This document shows, piece by piece, positions 10,400-22,468 of a stretch of 64,000 nucleotides of DNA; position 1 is the first letter of the stretch, and the number at the start of each line of letters is the position of its first letter. The notes under the pieces are model-generated. The model was given only the letters and a program-made list of their open reading frames with translations. It was not told where the DNA came from and did not search any database. The stretch comes from Octopus sinensis (Eukaryota), in NCBI RefSeq assembly GCF_006345805.1, contig NC_043019.1:1612001-1676000 (forward strand). The letters are read 5' to 3'. The position numbers and the translations under genes were made by a program.

Positions 10400-10518
10400 G
10401 GGCGACGAGATGGAGTATTGGTTAGCACGCCGGTCGAAATACGTTGCGGCATTTCGTCTGTTTTTGTGTTCCGAGTTCAAATTCTGCCGGGATTGACTTC
10501 ACCTTCCTTCCTTTCGAG
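10400..10518 (+). mobile_element. SINE family B, degenerate 5' part
   Basis: gttagcacgccggtcgaaat...atttcgtctg...gagttcaaattc...ccttcctttcgagg. Confidence 0.65.
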
Positions 10519-10520
10519 GA

Positions 10521-10806
10521 AAGAATCAGAAATGGTTGTAGGAGAAATTCTATGACTACACCAGCCCCACCAGACTTCAAATTCCCCCAAATTGTAATCC
10601 CACCGATTGCTGTGTGTGTGTGGGGGGGGGGGCAATGTTCAGAATGACACCAACCGTTCTGCCTTCAAATACCAAGGCAGAGCTTGTGGTCAACAGCGAA
10701 ATAGGTGTTTGAAGCTCTTCCCAGGGATACGATGAGGAGAATATGTCCCAGACTGCGGAGCCGTCTTGAGGCCTTGGTGGAATTTGAGGGCGGCCGCTTT
10801 GAATAA
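10521..10806 (+). pseudogene. Tc1/mariner-superfamily transposase C-terminal relic (resembles the maT/DD37D type)
   Basis: Frameshifted SQKWL..FYDYTSP..PPNCNP.D..VWG-like stretch followed by in-frame VFEALPRDTMRRICPRLRSRLEALVEFEGGRFE* (10705-10806). Confidence 0.78.
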
Positions 10807-10897
10807 ATTTTGATTTCCTAGACATAATCTAGTTCCTCTCTTGATTTTCTCTAAACACTTTTATTTTTAGATAGGATAAAAAATAAATTAACGTTTA

Positions 10898-11244
10898 TCT
10901 CTCTATATATAAACGGCAAAAATGTCTGTGTGTGTGTCCTTTATACAAATCCACAATTTTTCAGTTGGAGGGCTCGCACTTTCTATGGTCATTCCAAACC
11001 GTCCAAGGGTGTGGTTGTGCACATCTTTACATTTCCCCAGTCACCACGCAAAGCCATTAAAAAATCAATAGAAGTGACTTTTTGTTAACTTTTTAAATTC
11101 AAAACTCCATCAAAATGCCTGAAACTTGATACGCCAATTGAATACCAGCTAGCCGTATGTGATTGGTCGGAGATTTGGACAGTACTCGCGTCTATGTGCG
11201 CATGCACGCAGCTGTATATACATGCACTATCAGTATAGTGCTAG
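10898..11244 (+). mobile_element. Non-autonomous Helitron-like element
   Basis: Starts A|TC(tctctatatataaacgg), ends with hairpin cactat-cagt-atagtg then CTAG|T; no TSD. Confidence 0.6.
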
Positions 11245-11715
11245 TATTATATGAAGAAAGAAACAAAAAACAAAAGTTGTAGAAGTTAAGAACTGAAACT
11301 TTTCTGAAAAGACAAAGAGATTCTCCCTCCTTTGATAAATTCTTTCCCGCCAGGAGCGAACCATATAGTATTCTCTTTTCCTTTTAAGCAAACTGTCAAA
11401 TTTAGACTAATCACCTTGTAAACGGTGAGAGATTTGCATGACATGTGCACCTGCAGGTTTCAGTATCTCTATAGGAAATCGCTACAACTTATGACCAGTA
11501 AATGAAGTTAGAAAATGTAAAAATATATTTCTAGGAATCATAAAGTGAAGTAGATGCGCGATCACAAGATTACTCATACACATTATACAATACTTCACCC
11601 ATTTTAATTAACCTCCGACCAAAACATATTCAATATGGCAAATATATATTAAATTATAGCAGCAGGTTATGTATTCGGTGTGGGCTATAATCGATTAACT
11701 CGATCCTCAATATTC

Positions 11716-11920
11716 TTTTACTCTTTTATTTGTTTCAGTCATTTGAATGAAGCCATGCTGGAACATCACCTTAATGGAGTTTTGTGGTAGAAATCGACCG
11801 TAGGACTTATTTCTTGCCAACCTATTACTTATCCCGGTGTGTTTTGCCGAACTCCTAAGCTCCTAAGCACGCCAACATCGATTGTCAAGCGATGATGTGA
11901 GGACAAACGTAGACACAAAG
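11716..11920 (-). mobile_element. SINE family C, 3' half
   Basis: ttactcttttatttgtttcagtcatttga...gccatgctggaac...gacaaacgtagacac. Confidence 0.75.
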
Positions 11921-11937
11921 ACACATAAATTATATAT

Positions 11938-11999
<62 letters not shown>

Positions 12000-12002
<3 letters not shown>

Positions 12003-12302
12003 TAGAAAAAAGACACCTTTTATCAATTCAAAATGAACAACTAAATTACACCTACAAAATTAAAACTAAAATAACAATAAGATGTCAAAGATTAAGTAAA
12101 TTGCAAAAAGTAATTATTAAAACGTATATAATAGTTTTTTCTACCAATTATATTCGTTTTTATTAATATTATTTTTTGCAATTTACTTAATCTTTGACAT
12201 TTTATTGTTATTTTAATTTTGATTTTTCTATTATATGTAATTTTCTAAATGGTGTAATTTAATTGTTCATTTTGAATTGATAAAAAGTGTTTTTTTCTAA
12301 TT
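12000..12302. repeat. Near-complete foldback element abutting (TA)n
   Basis: aattagaaaaaagacaccttttatcaattcaaaatgaacaa.taaattacacc inverted at the right end; inner arm gatgtcaaagattaagtaaattgcaaaaa also inverted. Confidence 0.85.
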
Positions 12303-12502
12303 TTTTATGTATATATTATATTGTGTGAAATTTGATTTAGTATTTCTAAATTGAAGTTTTTCCTTGTAAGTTTGGATTTTATTCCCTCAAATAATAAATA
12401 TATATATATATATATATATGAACATATATATATATATATTAATAAATAAAACATATGCATATATATGTACATATATGTACGTACCTACCTCTACGTGTAT
12501 AT

Positions 12503-12730
12503 ATACACACATATATGAGTACAGGACACAAAAAAAAACGTCGAACACAATGAGAAACGAAAACATAGACAGAAACACAAGGAACTGGATATTTTTCTTA
12601 AACAACAAAAAAAGAGTACAGGACAAATAACACAGGGAAAAAAACCCTTCTTCAGTCGCCATGTTTTCATCTACTCTACGTTTCGAAGATGAAGGCGAGG
12701 CGTATCTTCGATAAGAAACTTTCCTTCCTG
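12503..12730 (-). mobile_element. TA-anchored interspersed repeat family P2 (Penelope-pLTR-like)
   Basis: Reverse complement aligns with 45120-45337 (gtgtcctgtactcatatata end; ctga.gaaggg and ttcgaaac motifs). Confidence 0.55.
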
Positions 12731-13185
12731 CGAAAAGCAAATCAAATAAAATTTGACATCTTTTTGCAAAGGGGTAAAATGGTAACAAAACCAGGACAGT
12801 AACGACAGTACAAAATATAAGCAGTAAAAGACAGGACAAGGAAAATAACAAGACAAGAAGGCTGTTAACGCCGAAAGAAAAAAGGCATGTAATTTAATTA
12901 TCAATAACACACAAATATTCACATTCCTGTAAGTATTAAAACTTCGTCAGGTTTTAAACTTAAGACATAAGTGTCCGGAAAACATTTTAAAGACATTAAT
13001 TAAAACGATAAATAATCCGGAGATTCTACTCACAGAATGTGAAAATTTTCATGGTAGATTATTTTCGAAATTCTACGACAGACAGTGAGATGTATGTATG
13101 TATGTATATATGTATGTATGTATGTATATATGCATGTATGTATGCATGCATGCATACATTTGCGCACATACACATACACTCGCAT

Positions 13186-13268
<83 letters not shown>

Positions 13269-14217
13269 AGTATACATTTTCAAGGCCAAATTTTAGTCGC
13301 TCGTGGGGGGAGTTTTGGGCTTCATAACTAACTTAGTTCTAAACCAAACTGAATGCGTTTTGTTTAGGGATGATTGTCAAGTCTTAAAACACATTTGGAA
13401 ATACAATGATTGTAATTTTGTTTACTAGGAAAAAGGTTAGGTTAAAATAAGAGGTCTAAAATGGGAGAGTAAGGCGATATTTGACTTTGAATCAAAATAT
13501 CTGCTATTTTTAAAGAAAAGCATTCATTAACTGGATTCATGAGAATGTATTCACTGGGAAAAATCTTATGGGGAAAATCTCGTTTGTAAAACATAATAAC
13601 TACAAAAAATATAGAGAGTCAAAAGTAATGCTAAGTAACCACCAGAACTGAATTTGAAAATTATTTCAGCTCTTGTAAATGAATCCTATACAATAGCTGT
13701 GATCAACTGAAACAGAAACATAAGTGGAATCTTGTGAAACTTTCGTCAAAAAATGTTAGCTATTAAAAGTGGTGTGAACGAATGTGACGAAAAAGTAGGT
13801 GATCATTTTGACAAATTAAAATGTTTTTGTCATTTTAAGATATTTAGTGTTATAAAATATATTATCCGATATCAACGATCATTTAGCTAAATGTTACATC
13901 ATACTAAGCCAAAATTTGTGTGGTTCAGATTTCGATTCTCTGTAAGACTTACTGGCTACATTATATTTCTTCCTTTCTGTAATGGTATTTAACCGGTTTT
14001 CTAAGCTGTTTTCACAACTATCCTGCTTTCGGGATTTTTCACTAAAATGTCAATGTTTGCTTGTAAAAGTATATATATTCAAATTGTCAAAAGGAGCCTA
14101 TTGTGTGTAAATGATATTGTTGTTGTGAGTGAACACTTTTTATCACTAATTACATGCTATAATGAATAGAGCTTTTTTTGTTCAAAAGAAAACCCAATCC
14201 AGTTTCTGGAAACATCA

Positions 14218-14720
14218 CATTACTTTTGGAGAAGAGAGTATCACCAAAGAGGATCTCCTTCTGCCACATAAGAAAATTTGGATGGATAAAGAACCGAATT
14301 CTGATGAATTTTCTGCAGGAAGAGTTTCAATAATTTACATAACAATATATTGCTTGCAGATTGCCATGTTCAGTTGAGGCTAGAGCCTCACTCTTTACAA
14401 TTTGGTCAGTCGTTTTCAAGCGCATTCATGCAGCAAAACTTTCTGGAGTATTCATGAAAAAGGTAAACGCATAAAAAAAATTTTGATTTGGCCTCTCTAA
14501 AGCTGAAAGAAGCTTCATTGCTGCAGAAAGTGTCAAATTAAGAAGAGATGGAAAAGGTATTAAAAAAGCTTTGTCAACTTCAAAGACCATCTCAAGAAGT
14601 TATCAATGATTACATTCTTTTCTGATTCTAATACGGTAGGCAAAAGTTGACTGTGAGAATATTGGACAAAACAAAATGATATTGACCAGATACACAACTA
14701 GCTACCAAACAAAAGCTGAT
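14218..14720 (+). pseudogene. Helitron/Helentron Rep (HUH endonuclease) relic
   Basis: HYFWRREYHQRGSP (14218-14259), IWMDKEP, LVSRFQAHSCSKT (to 14440), AKVDCENIGQ...RYTTSYQTKAD (14640-14720): colinear Rep motifs with frameshifts and stops. Confidence 0.8.
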
Positions 14721-15000
14721 GTAAATAAAGCTGAATGCGTTTGGCAAAATTTGGATGAAAACAAGTTTCGGAAATTATTCATCAAATGATGTATACACTT
14801 TGTTATTTTTTCTCATTTTTTTCCTACATTTAATAGCAGATTTGTGAAATATAAGTTAATATTTTTTATTAAAAATTTTTTTGTATTTAACTGAAATATT
14901 AGTCTTAATTTTCGCATTAGTAGAATTGAAAACATAACGGTAACTATAATTTATTATAATAATAGAAACGTTACCTAAGGAGAAAGTAAAGTAAAATTTT

Positions 15001-15407
15001 AAATGCGGGCGCAGACTACTAGAATATTCCTAAGTACTGAATCTGGAAAAGTACAGGGCAAACTGTAATTAAACCTGGATAAATACAGGAGAGGAAGGTA
15101 AAAAAATGCACAAAATATTGCTGATGATGATGTTAGGATATGAAAACTTAAATGGTAATAAATATATTTTCATATTTTTTTATTTTTATGATATCTATGA
15201 TTTAAAATACTTGGAAAATGAATTTAGTTAAGAAAATAAAATTTATAAAACAATACAATACAAAAAATAAAAGAAATTCTAACTTCAGCACCAGTATTTT
15301 AAGTTTTATTTTGTTGTTGCCACGTATGTATCTGGATTTAATTACCGCTCGCCCTGAATTTTCCAGGTGCAATACTTAAGAATATTCTAGCACGTACGCC
15401 CGTATTT
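15001..15407. mobile_element. MITE-like element with ~85-bp imperfect TIRs
   Basis: aaatgcgggcg...ctagaatattcctaagtactg...ctggaaaa...gtaattaaa (15001-15086) inverted at 15324-15407. Confidence 0.7.
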
Positions 15408-15429
15408 TTTATTATATATATATATATAT

Positions 15430-15602
15430 ATGCGGGCGTGTTTAAGATGGTCTTCCACACAATTTTCGGCTACCAAAATCTCGCACAGGGCAATTGTCTA
15501 GCAGGGGTTAAAGCACAAGACACTTTCCCGAAGTGTCATATAGTGTGATCGAACCTGTAACCACGTTGGTTTCATATATAGCTTCTTAATCACAGAAGCA
15601 TC
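15430..15602 (-). mobile_element. SINE family C, degenerate head
   Basis: ttttcggctaccaaaatc...aagacactttcccgaagtg...gaacctgtaaccacg aligns loosely to family C. Confidence 0.5.
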
Positions 15603-15751
15603 TCATTTTGTTTTCATTTGTCTTGTTTTGTATCCGTTATTACACTGCGACCATGCTGTGGCACCACCTCGATGGGTTTTTTTAATGTTGTTCCGTCTTC
15701 GGTCGACTCCGATTGAACATATTTATATTTAAAATCAATGCCGTTAGTTTT

Positions 15752-16058
15752 TATTTTTTTATTTATGCGCCCTTTTCAAGCCTAGCCAGACTCATGTGCC
15801 CGGTTTCCCTGTTTCTGTGGCGTATGTGTTCTCCCCAGCTGGACGGGACGCCAGTCCATCGCAAGAAACAGGAAGAAAGAATGAGAGAAAGTTGAGGCGA
15901 AAGAGTACAACAGATGTCGCCAGCACCCCCTGCCGGACCCTCGTAGAGCTTTAGGTGCTCTCGCTCAATAAACACACACAACGCCCGGTCTAGGAATCGA
16001 AACCGCGATCCTCCGACCGTGAGTTCGCTGCCCTAACCACTGGGCCATTGCGCCTCCT
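15752..16058 (-). mobile_element. Chimeric SINE: family A head and body plus M tail (gcgatggactggcgtcccgtccag..., Meta/V-domain-like)
   Basis: Switch at about 15864; 10-bp TSD cgttagtttt at 15742-15751 and 16059-16068. Confidence 0.8.
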
Positions 16059-17130
16059 CGTTAGTTTTCTTTCTGTACTGTACAACTACAATATCTAATA
16101 TTCTCACTTCTTCATACCGTAAGATGTAACTTGAATTTGATATCACTGCTATATTTAGCAGTTCTATCGACCGGGATCAGATTTACCTCTTGGCTAGTAT
16201 AAAAAAAACACGGACAATTGTCAAGTTGAGGCTTGATGGTAACACGTGATCAGGATTTATCGTTACCGTTTGACCTTGGGGCCTATTTAATACCGAGATT
16301 TGATGTGTCAAATATACTAATACAAATGCTTATTGGCCATTTATTATTTTGAAAACTATCCGACATATTCTCTCGGGGACTTTGTAATACTAATGCGAAG
16401 GTACAGCCACATACTGTGATGATTTAATATGTTTCTTGCGGTAAGATCTTTTTTATAACAACTGAGATTGTGATGAAAGTGTTTACAAGCCATTTCTTAC
16501 TAATACACTAAAATACCTCCGGAAAACTGCTTTATCTTAATCTAGAAATGATCAAAATACAGAATAAATCTCTTAACTAAAATGGCAACTTTCAGTAAAC
16601 AACTTCGCTTTTTCTTCGTTCAAATATGTACTTTTTCGATGTTTACTTCATTTTACATTTCAAGAAGATTTAGATAAAATAAATAAATATGCAGATATAT
16701 GAATAACTTACCTGGAGACAAAATGATCGAGAGTTGATAGGAAAGAAATATATAATAATTTGAGAGGTGAAGAAGTCTTTCAAAACCTAAAATTGAAACA
16801 TATGACTGTAGGCCTATATTACACGAACATAACCATATGCCTACATACATGCGCACAACACATACATACATACATACACACAAATGCACACACGCCATAT
16901 ATCTATATACAGTAATGCCTCGATATACGAGGTAATTTATTAGCAGAAATTGCTCAAAAAGCAAAAACTCGTAAAGTAGCGCATTAATTTCCCATAGTAG
17001 CAATGTTATAAATCGTAATTAGTTCCAAGAAAAATATTTTACCTGTAAAATTTATAATCCTCATAAATAAAGGGTAATACAATTTAAAGAATATAAATGA
17101 TAATAAAATGTAAAAAATTACGGAGATTCA

Positions 17131-17317
17131 CTTGCATAACAGGTGACCTAATCTGAGATCGTGTGCGGGAACGTGCAGCACGAAGTTTTGACAGTGAAAC
17201 AGGTCGCGGTCTCAAAGCGACGAAAATATTTTGACAAATTAAATTTAAATGTTGAAGTGAATCTAACGGATTTTGTGTGTTTCTTAAATGTCTTAAAAAC
17301 ACCTTCCACGCTGCAAT
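17131..17317 (+). mobile_element. Interspersed repeat family P3, copy 1
   Basis: Body tgcagcacg...caggtc.cggtctcaaagcgacgaaaatat.ttg.caaattaaatttaaatgttgaagtga shared with 57554-57696. Confidence 0.7.
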
Positions 17318-18420
17318 GTAAAAAGTATTTTGTGTAAAGTAAAAAGAATCTCAGGGTCATTTATAATATACAAATATTATTATTATAATCGTTTCCTGAA
17401 TCACTTTCACTCGCACTAGATTTTCGGACACCATCACTTGTAGAGGCGATCAGCGATTCACAAGCACTCGTAGACGCACTCGTAGATTTCATTTTAAAAA
17501 TCAAGGCTAGAATTCTTTGCTTAGAAGAAGCCTTTTCTCGCTCTATAAATTTCTCGGTCTCACGCAGAAGCTTTTGTTATGGATTATGAACTATTGTACT
17601 TCGTTCAAAATTTGGAAAAATACAACTAGTATAACACTGGGCTTCATAACGCGAGTTCTCGTAAAGTGAGGTATTTAGTAACACTTTCATTCAGCTCCGT
17701 GTTACTTAAACTTTCGTAGTCTTCTCAAATGAACTTCTCTTGTGAGCCCTGTAGAGCCTGAATGAGACGTGTTCAAGATGGCCTAAGAATGTTCGTCAGT
17801 TGCTTTTGAACGCAGAGTACATTTACCGCAATATAACACATAATATTACAAATTACTTAATAGATTATTCGAAATATGTTAGATTTAGTGCTGCATTCAT
17901 GTATATGTCAAGTATGAAAGAAACTTAAGAAACACAGAATTTATAGCAAGCAATGTTAATTCTGCTTTAGGGCCTACATTGAATATATTTACACAATATT
18001 ATGCTTAAACTCACACAAATATCTATGCTTATATTCACATGTCTATGAAAAGTTTCTTAAACTCACAGAACTGTCTAAGCCTATACTTACACGTCTATGA
18101 AAAGTTTCTGGTTTTAAGGATGTTATGAAAGGCCTGGCTTGAGCACAACCTTCCGAGGTCTTTTACAGGGCTTAGAAAAGCTGAACCATCGTTGCAGTGT
18201 GTGAATCTGAGAGGGGAATATGTTGAATAAAATCATAAAAGATCTTCCTGTATTTTCTCTTACCCAAGACCAAGAACTTTTCTGTCCCCTCTCGTATGTG
18301 GGTAACTGTCAAAGGATAAATAAATACAGTAACATCCACCCTTAGTGGTTAGCCACATTTAGATGGCAAATATACTTCATATTGTCGTGCAGTTACTGTT
18401 TATACCTCGTTCAGAGATAA

Positions 18421-18444
<24 letters not shown>

Positions 18445-18479
<35 letters not shown>

Positions 18480-20405
18480 CGTATTTTTTTCCAGCTGTGA
18501 CATAATAGAAATATAGAAGTTTTGCATTAAAAACTTGTACGAATTAAAATTCCAAAAATCGTTTTTTGAATCAATGTCTTTACATTATATATTTTTTGAA
18601 ACAGCTAAGCTTTAAGAGTGAGAGTATTTTAACATATTTATCTATAGATTATCAATGTAGATTACATATGAATAAGTATAGCTGTATGCTATAAAGCCAC
18701 TTAATATAATTCTATTTTTACCATTACATAAACAATTCGATTTCCTCTTACGATTCTTATGAATAACAATTTTCTGTGAAACAGTAAGTTAAATCGGATT
18801 TTTTTTTGCAGCTAATAGAAATATCGATAGTGCCACAGCTAAAAACGCTATGCATATGAATCAAGTAAATAAACGAATATATATTTTTTAATGTTATATT
18901 TTGATGTAAAATCTCTCTTAATTACAATGTGTAAGTACGTGTGTTAACAACTAAATATATTAAGCTATATCATTATAATGGCCATTACATTATCTATTCA
19001 AGCAAACAGCCAACGTGATATGATATAAGTTATATGATAATTTAAAACTAATTTTAAGCAGAAAAATAAACGCTCTTATTTGTAACAATTACAAATAGAA
19101 GATTTTAAATACTACTTATCAGGGCTTCTGTGACCATAAGATACAAACATAAGTGAATGTGTTTCGAACACGATACATTGATATTCGTTACGTAAGATGC
19201 ATAACATTCTCGGTAGAAAGATACTTCTCATCGTGATGTGTAAAAATTAATAGGAAAATAATTATTGAGTTGAGCTTCCCAGTTAACATGTTATTTTGTG
19301 CTTGATATAAAATGGTATTTTTCTAAGATATTTTCCTATTTGGTGATTATTACTAAATAGAATAATGTAGTAACTTAATCCCCTCCAACTGTAGATTATT
19401 TGCAAATGTATTTCTTCTATATATGTGTGTGTGTGTGTGTGTGTGTATGCGTATTTTTTTCCAGCTGTGACATAATAGAAATATAGAAGTTTTGCATTAA
19501 AAACTTGTACGAATTAAAATTCAAAAAATCGTTTTTTGAATCAATGTCTTTACATTATATATTTTTTGAAACAGCTAAGCTTTAAGAGTGAGAGTATTTT
19601 AACATATTTATCTATAGATTATCAATGTAGATTACATATGAATAAGTATAGCTGTATGCTATAAAGCCACTTAATATAATTCTATTTTTACCATTACATA
19701 AACAATTCGATTTCCTCTTACGATTCTTATGAATAACAATTTTCTGTGAAACAGTAAGTTAAATCGGATTTTTTTTTGCAGCTAATAAAAATATCGATAG
19801 TGCCACAGCTAAAAACGCTATGCATATGAATCAAGTAAATAAACGAATATATTTTTTAATGTTATATTTTGATGTAAAATCTCTCTTAATTACAATGTGT
19901 AAGTACGTGTGTTAACAACTAAATATATTTAAGCTATATCATTATAATGGCCATTACATTATCTATTCAAGCAAACAGCCAACGTGATGTGATATAAGTT
20001 ATATGATAATTTAAAACTAATTTTAAGCAGAAAAATAAACGCTCTTATTTGTAACAATTACAAATAGAAGATTTTAAATACTACATATCAGGGCTTCTGT
20101 GACCATAAAGATACAAACATAAGTGAATGTGTTTCGAACACGATACATTGATATTCGTTACGTAAGATGCATAACATTCTCGGTAGAAAGATACTTCTCA
20201 TCGTGATGTGTAAAAATTAATAGGAAAATAATTATTGAGTTGAGCTTCCCAGTTAACATGTTATTTTCTGCTTGATATAAAATGATATTTTTCTAAGATA
20301 TTTTCCTATTTGGTGATTATTACTAAATAGAATAATGTAGTAACTTAATCCCCTCCAACTGTAGATTATTTGCAAATGTATTTCTTCTATATATGTGTGT
20401 GTGTG
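18445..20405. repeat. Two-copy tandem duplication, period 970 bp, delimited by (TA)(TG)n tracts
   Basis: atgcgtatttttttccagctg at 18477 and 19447; tttcttctat ends at 19420 and 20390; about 6 substitutions and 3 small indels between copies. Confidence 0.92.
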
Positions 20406-20756
20406 TGTTTGTATGTGTGCGTGTTCAAATGTATCATAAACATACGATATATAAATGTCAGTTCATTGCAGCTGTTTCTTAAATATACACACGGTTGGTA
20501 TTCTTTGTGTACACAACCGAAATATCCTATCAGATATTTCGACTCTAAGCAACCATAAGCCGGAACCACAGAGATTATCCAACCCTACCTAGTGCTTACC
20601 TTTTCAAGTACCATAATCTATCTGAACCTTCATCTTGTGATATATACATAAGTATATATATATATATATGTGATATATATGCAAAAGCATACATACATGC
20701 GTGCATACATAAACACATGCATATACATACATATATACATACATGCTCACACACAC

Positions 20757-20807
<51 letters not shown>

Positions 20808-22011
20808 GATTTTATATATGGCTAAGTACAACGAAGATAGTTAAATATGCAACGTCTTCATTTCTGACGTTTAAGGATCTGCAGCGCAGAATTGCAGTCA
20901 GCGCTACTTGCTAAAAAGGAAGGCAATATTGGCAGTAGCATGGGGCTAACTCTGATACATGGAGTTATGCACATGTGCCAGTACGTGGTTGCTATTTTCA
21001 TTGTATGTGGATGTATTAATATGTATAGGATTGTGTATGCGTTCTGTAAATATGTGTGCATATGTGTGGTGTCGTGTAGTGGGATGAACGTGGGGAGAGA
21101 GAATGTAGTTTAGTAGGATGGGTTTATGTGATCAATCTTTATAGCTAAAGGAATGGAGCAGCCATGGATAAAGACAAAGACTGGCATATTTTGATGACGA
21201 GGTGCAGACATTTGTAGCGTCAAAATAATACCACAAACTCGAGAGATGAGTAATTGTGTGATCTCAAAGCGCACCTAACTTGTGATGTATATATGTGGTA
21301 GAATTACAATGTTGCAAGGAAATTTATACGAATAAATGTATGTAATTATTAACAATTCCAATACGCAACCACACACTGTCCACACACATAGGTACGCACG
21401 CGCTGATGCGCACATGCATACATATGCGGGAATAAGCTTACTTATTAGTGGTTCGGCAAAAAAGAACTATTGAATAATTATTACTATATATATATTATAT
21501 ATATATATATAATATATATATATAAATACGCAATGGGCTTAATTTGTTCGGTTGTTGAATTCAAGAAGGAGACCCAACATGGCCGCAGATCGACTACTAA
21601 AACAAATAAAAGATATTATGTAAAGATATACGAAAAACCACAAAGCAATTAAGCATTTTTGTCAGCATGCTAATGATTCCTCCACGTCGTTTATAATATA
21701 AAGTCATATTTATCTGTAACTAAAGATCAATTTATCATTATATGTATATATTCCCACAAGAAAACACACACACAAACACACACAGTCAAACATACATATG
21801 CAGTTACACACACTACACTAGCACATATGTACAAGTGTGCAAATGTATGTGTAAGTTTGTTTTCATGTTTGTGTGTGTGTGTGTGCTTTTCACTGTTTTT
21901 GTCACTTGATAAATATGATCTTGTGTACGAGTACGTGTTGTTTATAAAATTCTATTCGCAATTGCATATATATATATTATATATATATATATATTATATA
22001 TATATATATAT

Positions 22012-22085
22012 ATATAAACAAGAGGGTAGTAATAATTAGTTACTACCCTGGTAGTAACTAATTATTACTACCCTCTTGTTTATAT
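22012..22085. repeat. Perfect 36-bp-arm palindrome with a 2-nt spacer at the edge of (TA)n
   Basis: atataaacaagagggtagtaataattagttactacc-ct-ggtagtaactaattattactaccctcttgtttatat. Confidence 0.95.
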
Positions 22086-22249
22086 TCGCATATTACTTGA
22101 TGGATTTATTCGTAAAATTCTTCCCGGCATGCCCTATACTGCCGTGTAAGTTTTGCGTCTGCGCAGAGATTTGAAAAGTTAAGATCTGCTAGTAGTCGAG
22201 ATCAACACATGGTCTCACATCGCTGCAGACCTCGATTCAATTTAGGCGA

Positions 22250-22323
22250 CTCGTTGATGAAGCCAGCCTTAGCAAACATATTCTGTGTTTTGCTAGAAAG
22301 AGGCAGAAACTGATCAGTCCGAG
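22250..22323 (+). ncRNA. Type I hammerhead ribozyme with variant core (UUGAUGA); predicted GUC cleavage after 22319
   Basis: Stem I ctcg/cgag; TTGATGA 22254-22260; a-gcc...ggc-a with inner tagcaaa/tttgcta hairpin; GAAA 22306-22309; C-TGATCA-G palindrome; TC. Confidence 0.62.
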
Positions 22324-22421
22324 GTGTAAAGTTATCGGTAAACGTTTTTGATTTTCACTCTCGATAAATTCATCTCCCTTTTGTGTTCCCAGTACTCGGC
22401 ATCCTAATTTAAGAGCCCTTA

Positions 22422-22468
<47 letters not shown>

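Noticed and set aside
12640-12730. Hammerhead in family P2 (also 45160-45215)
   Set aside because: GAAAC precedes CUGANGA with no compatible stems; core upstream of stem II is missing
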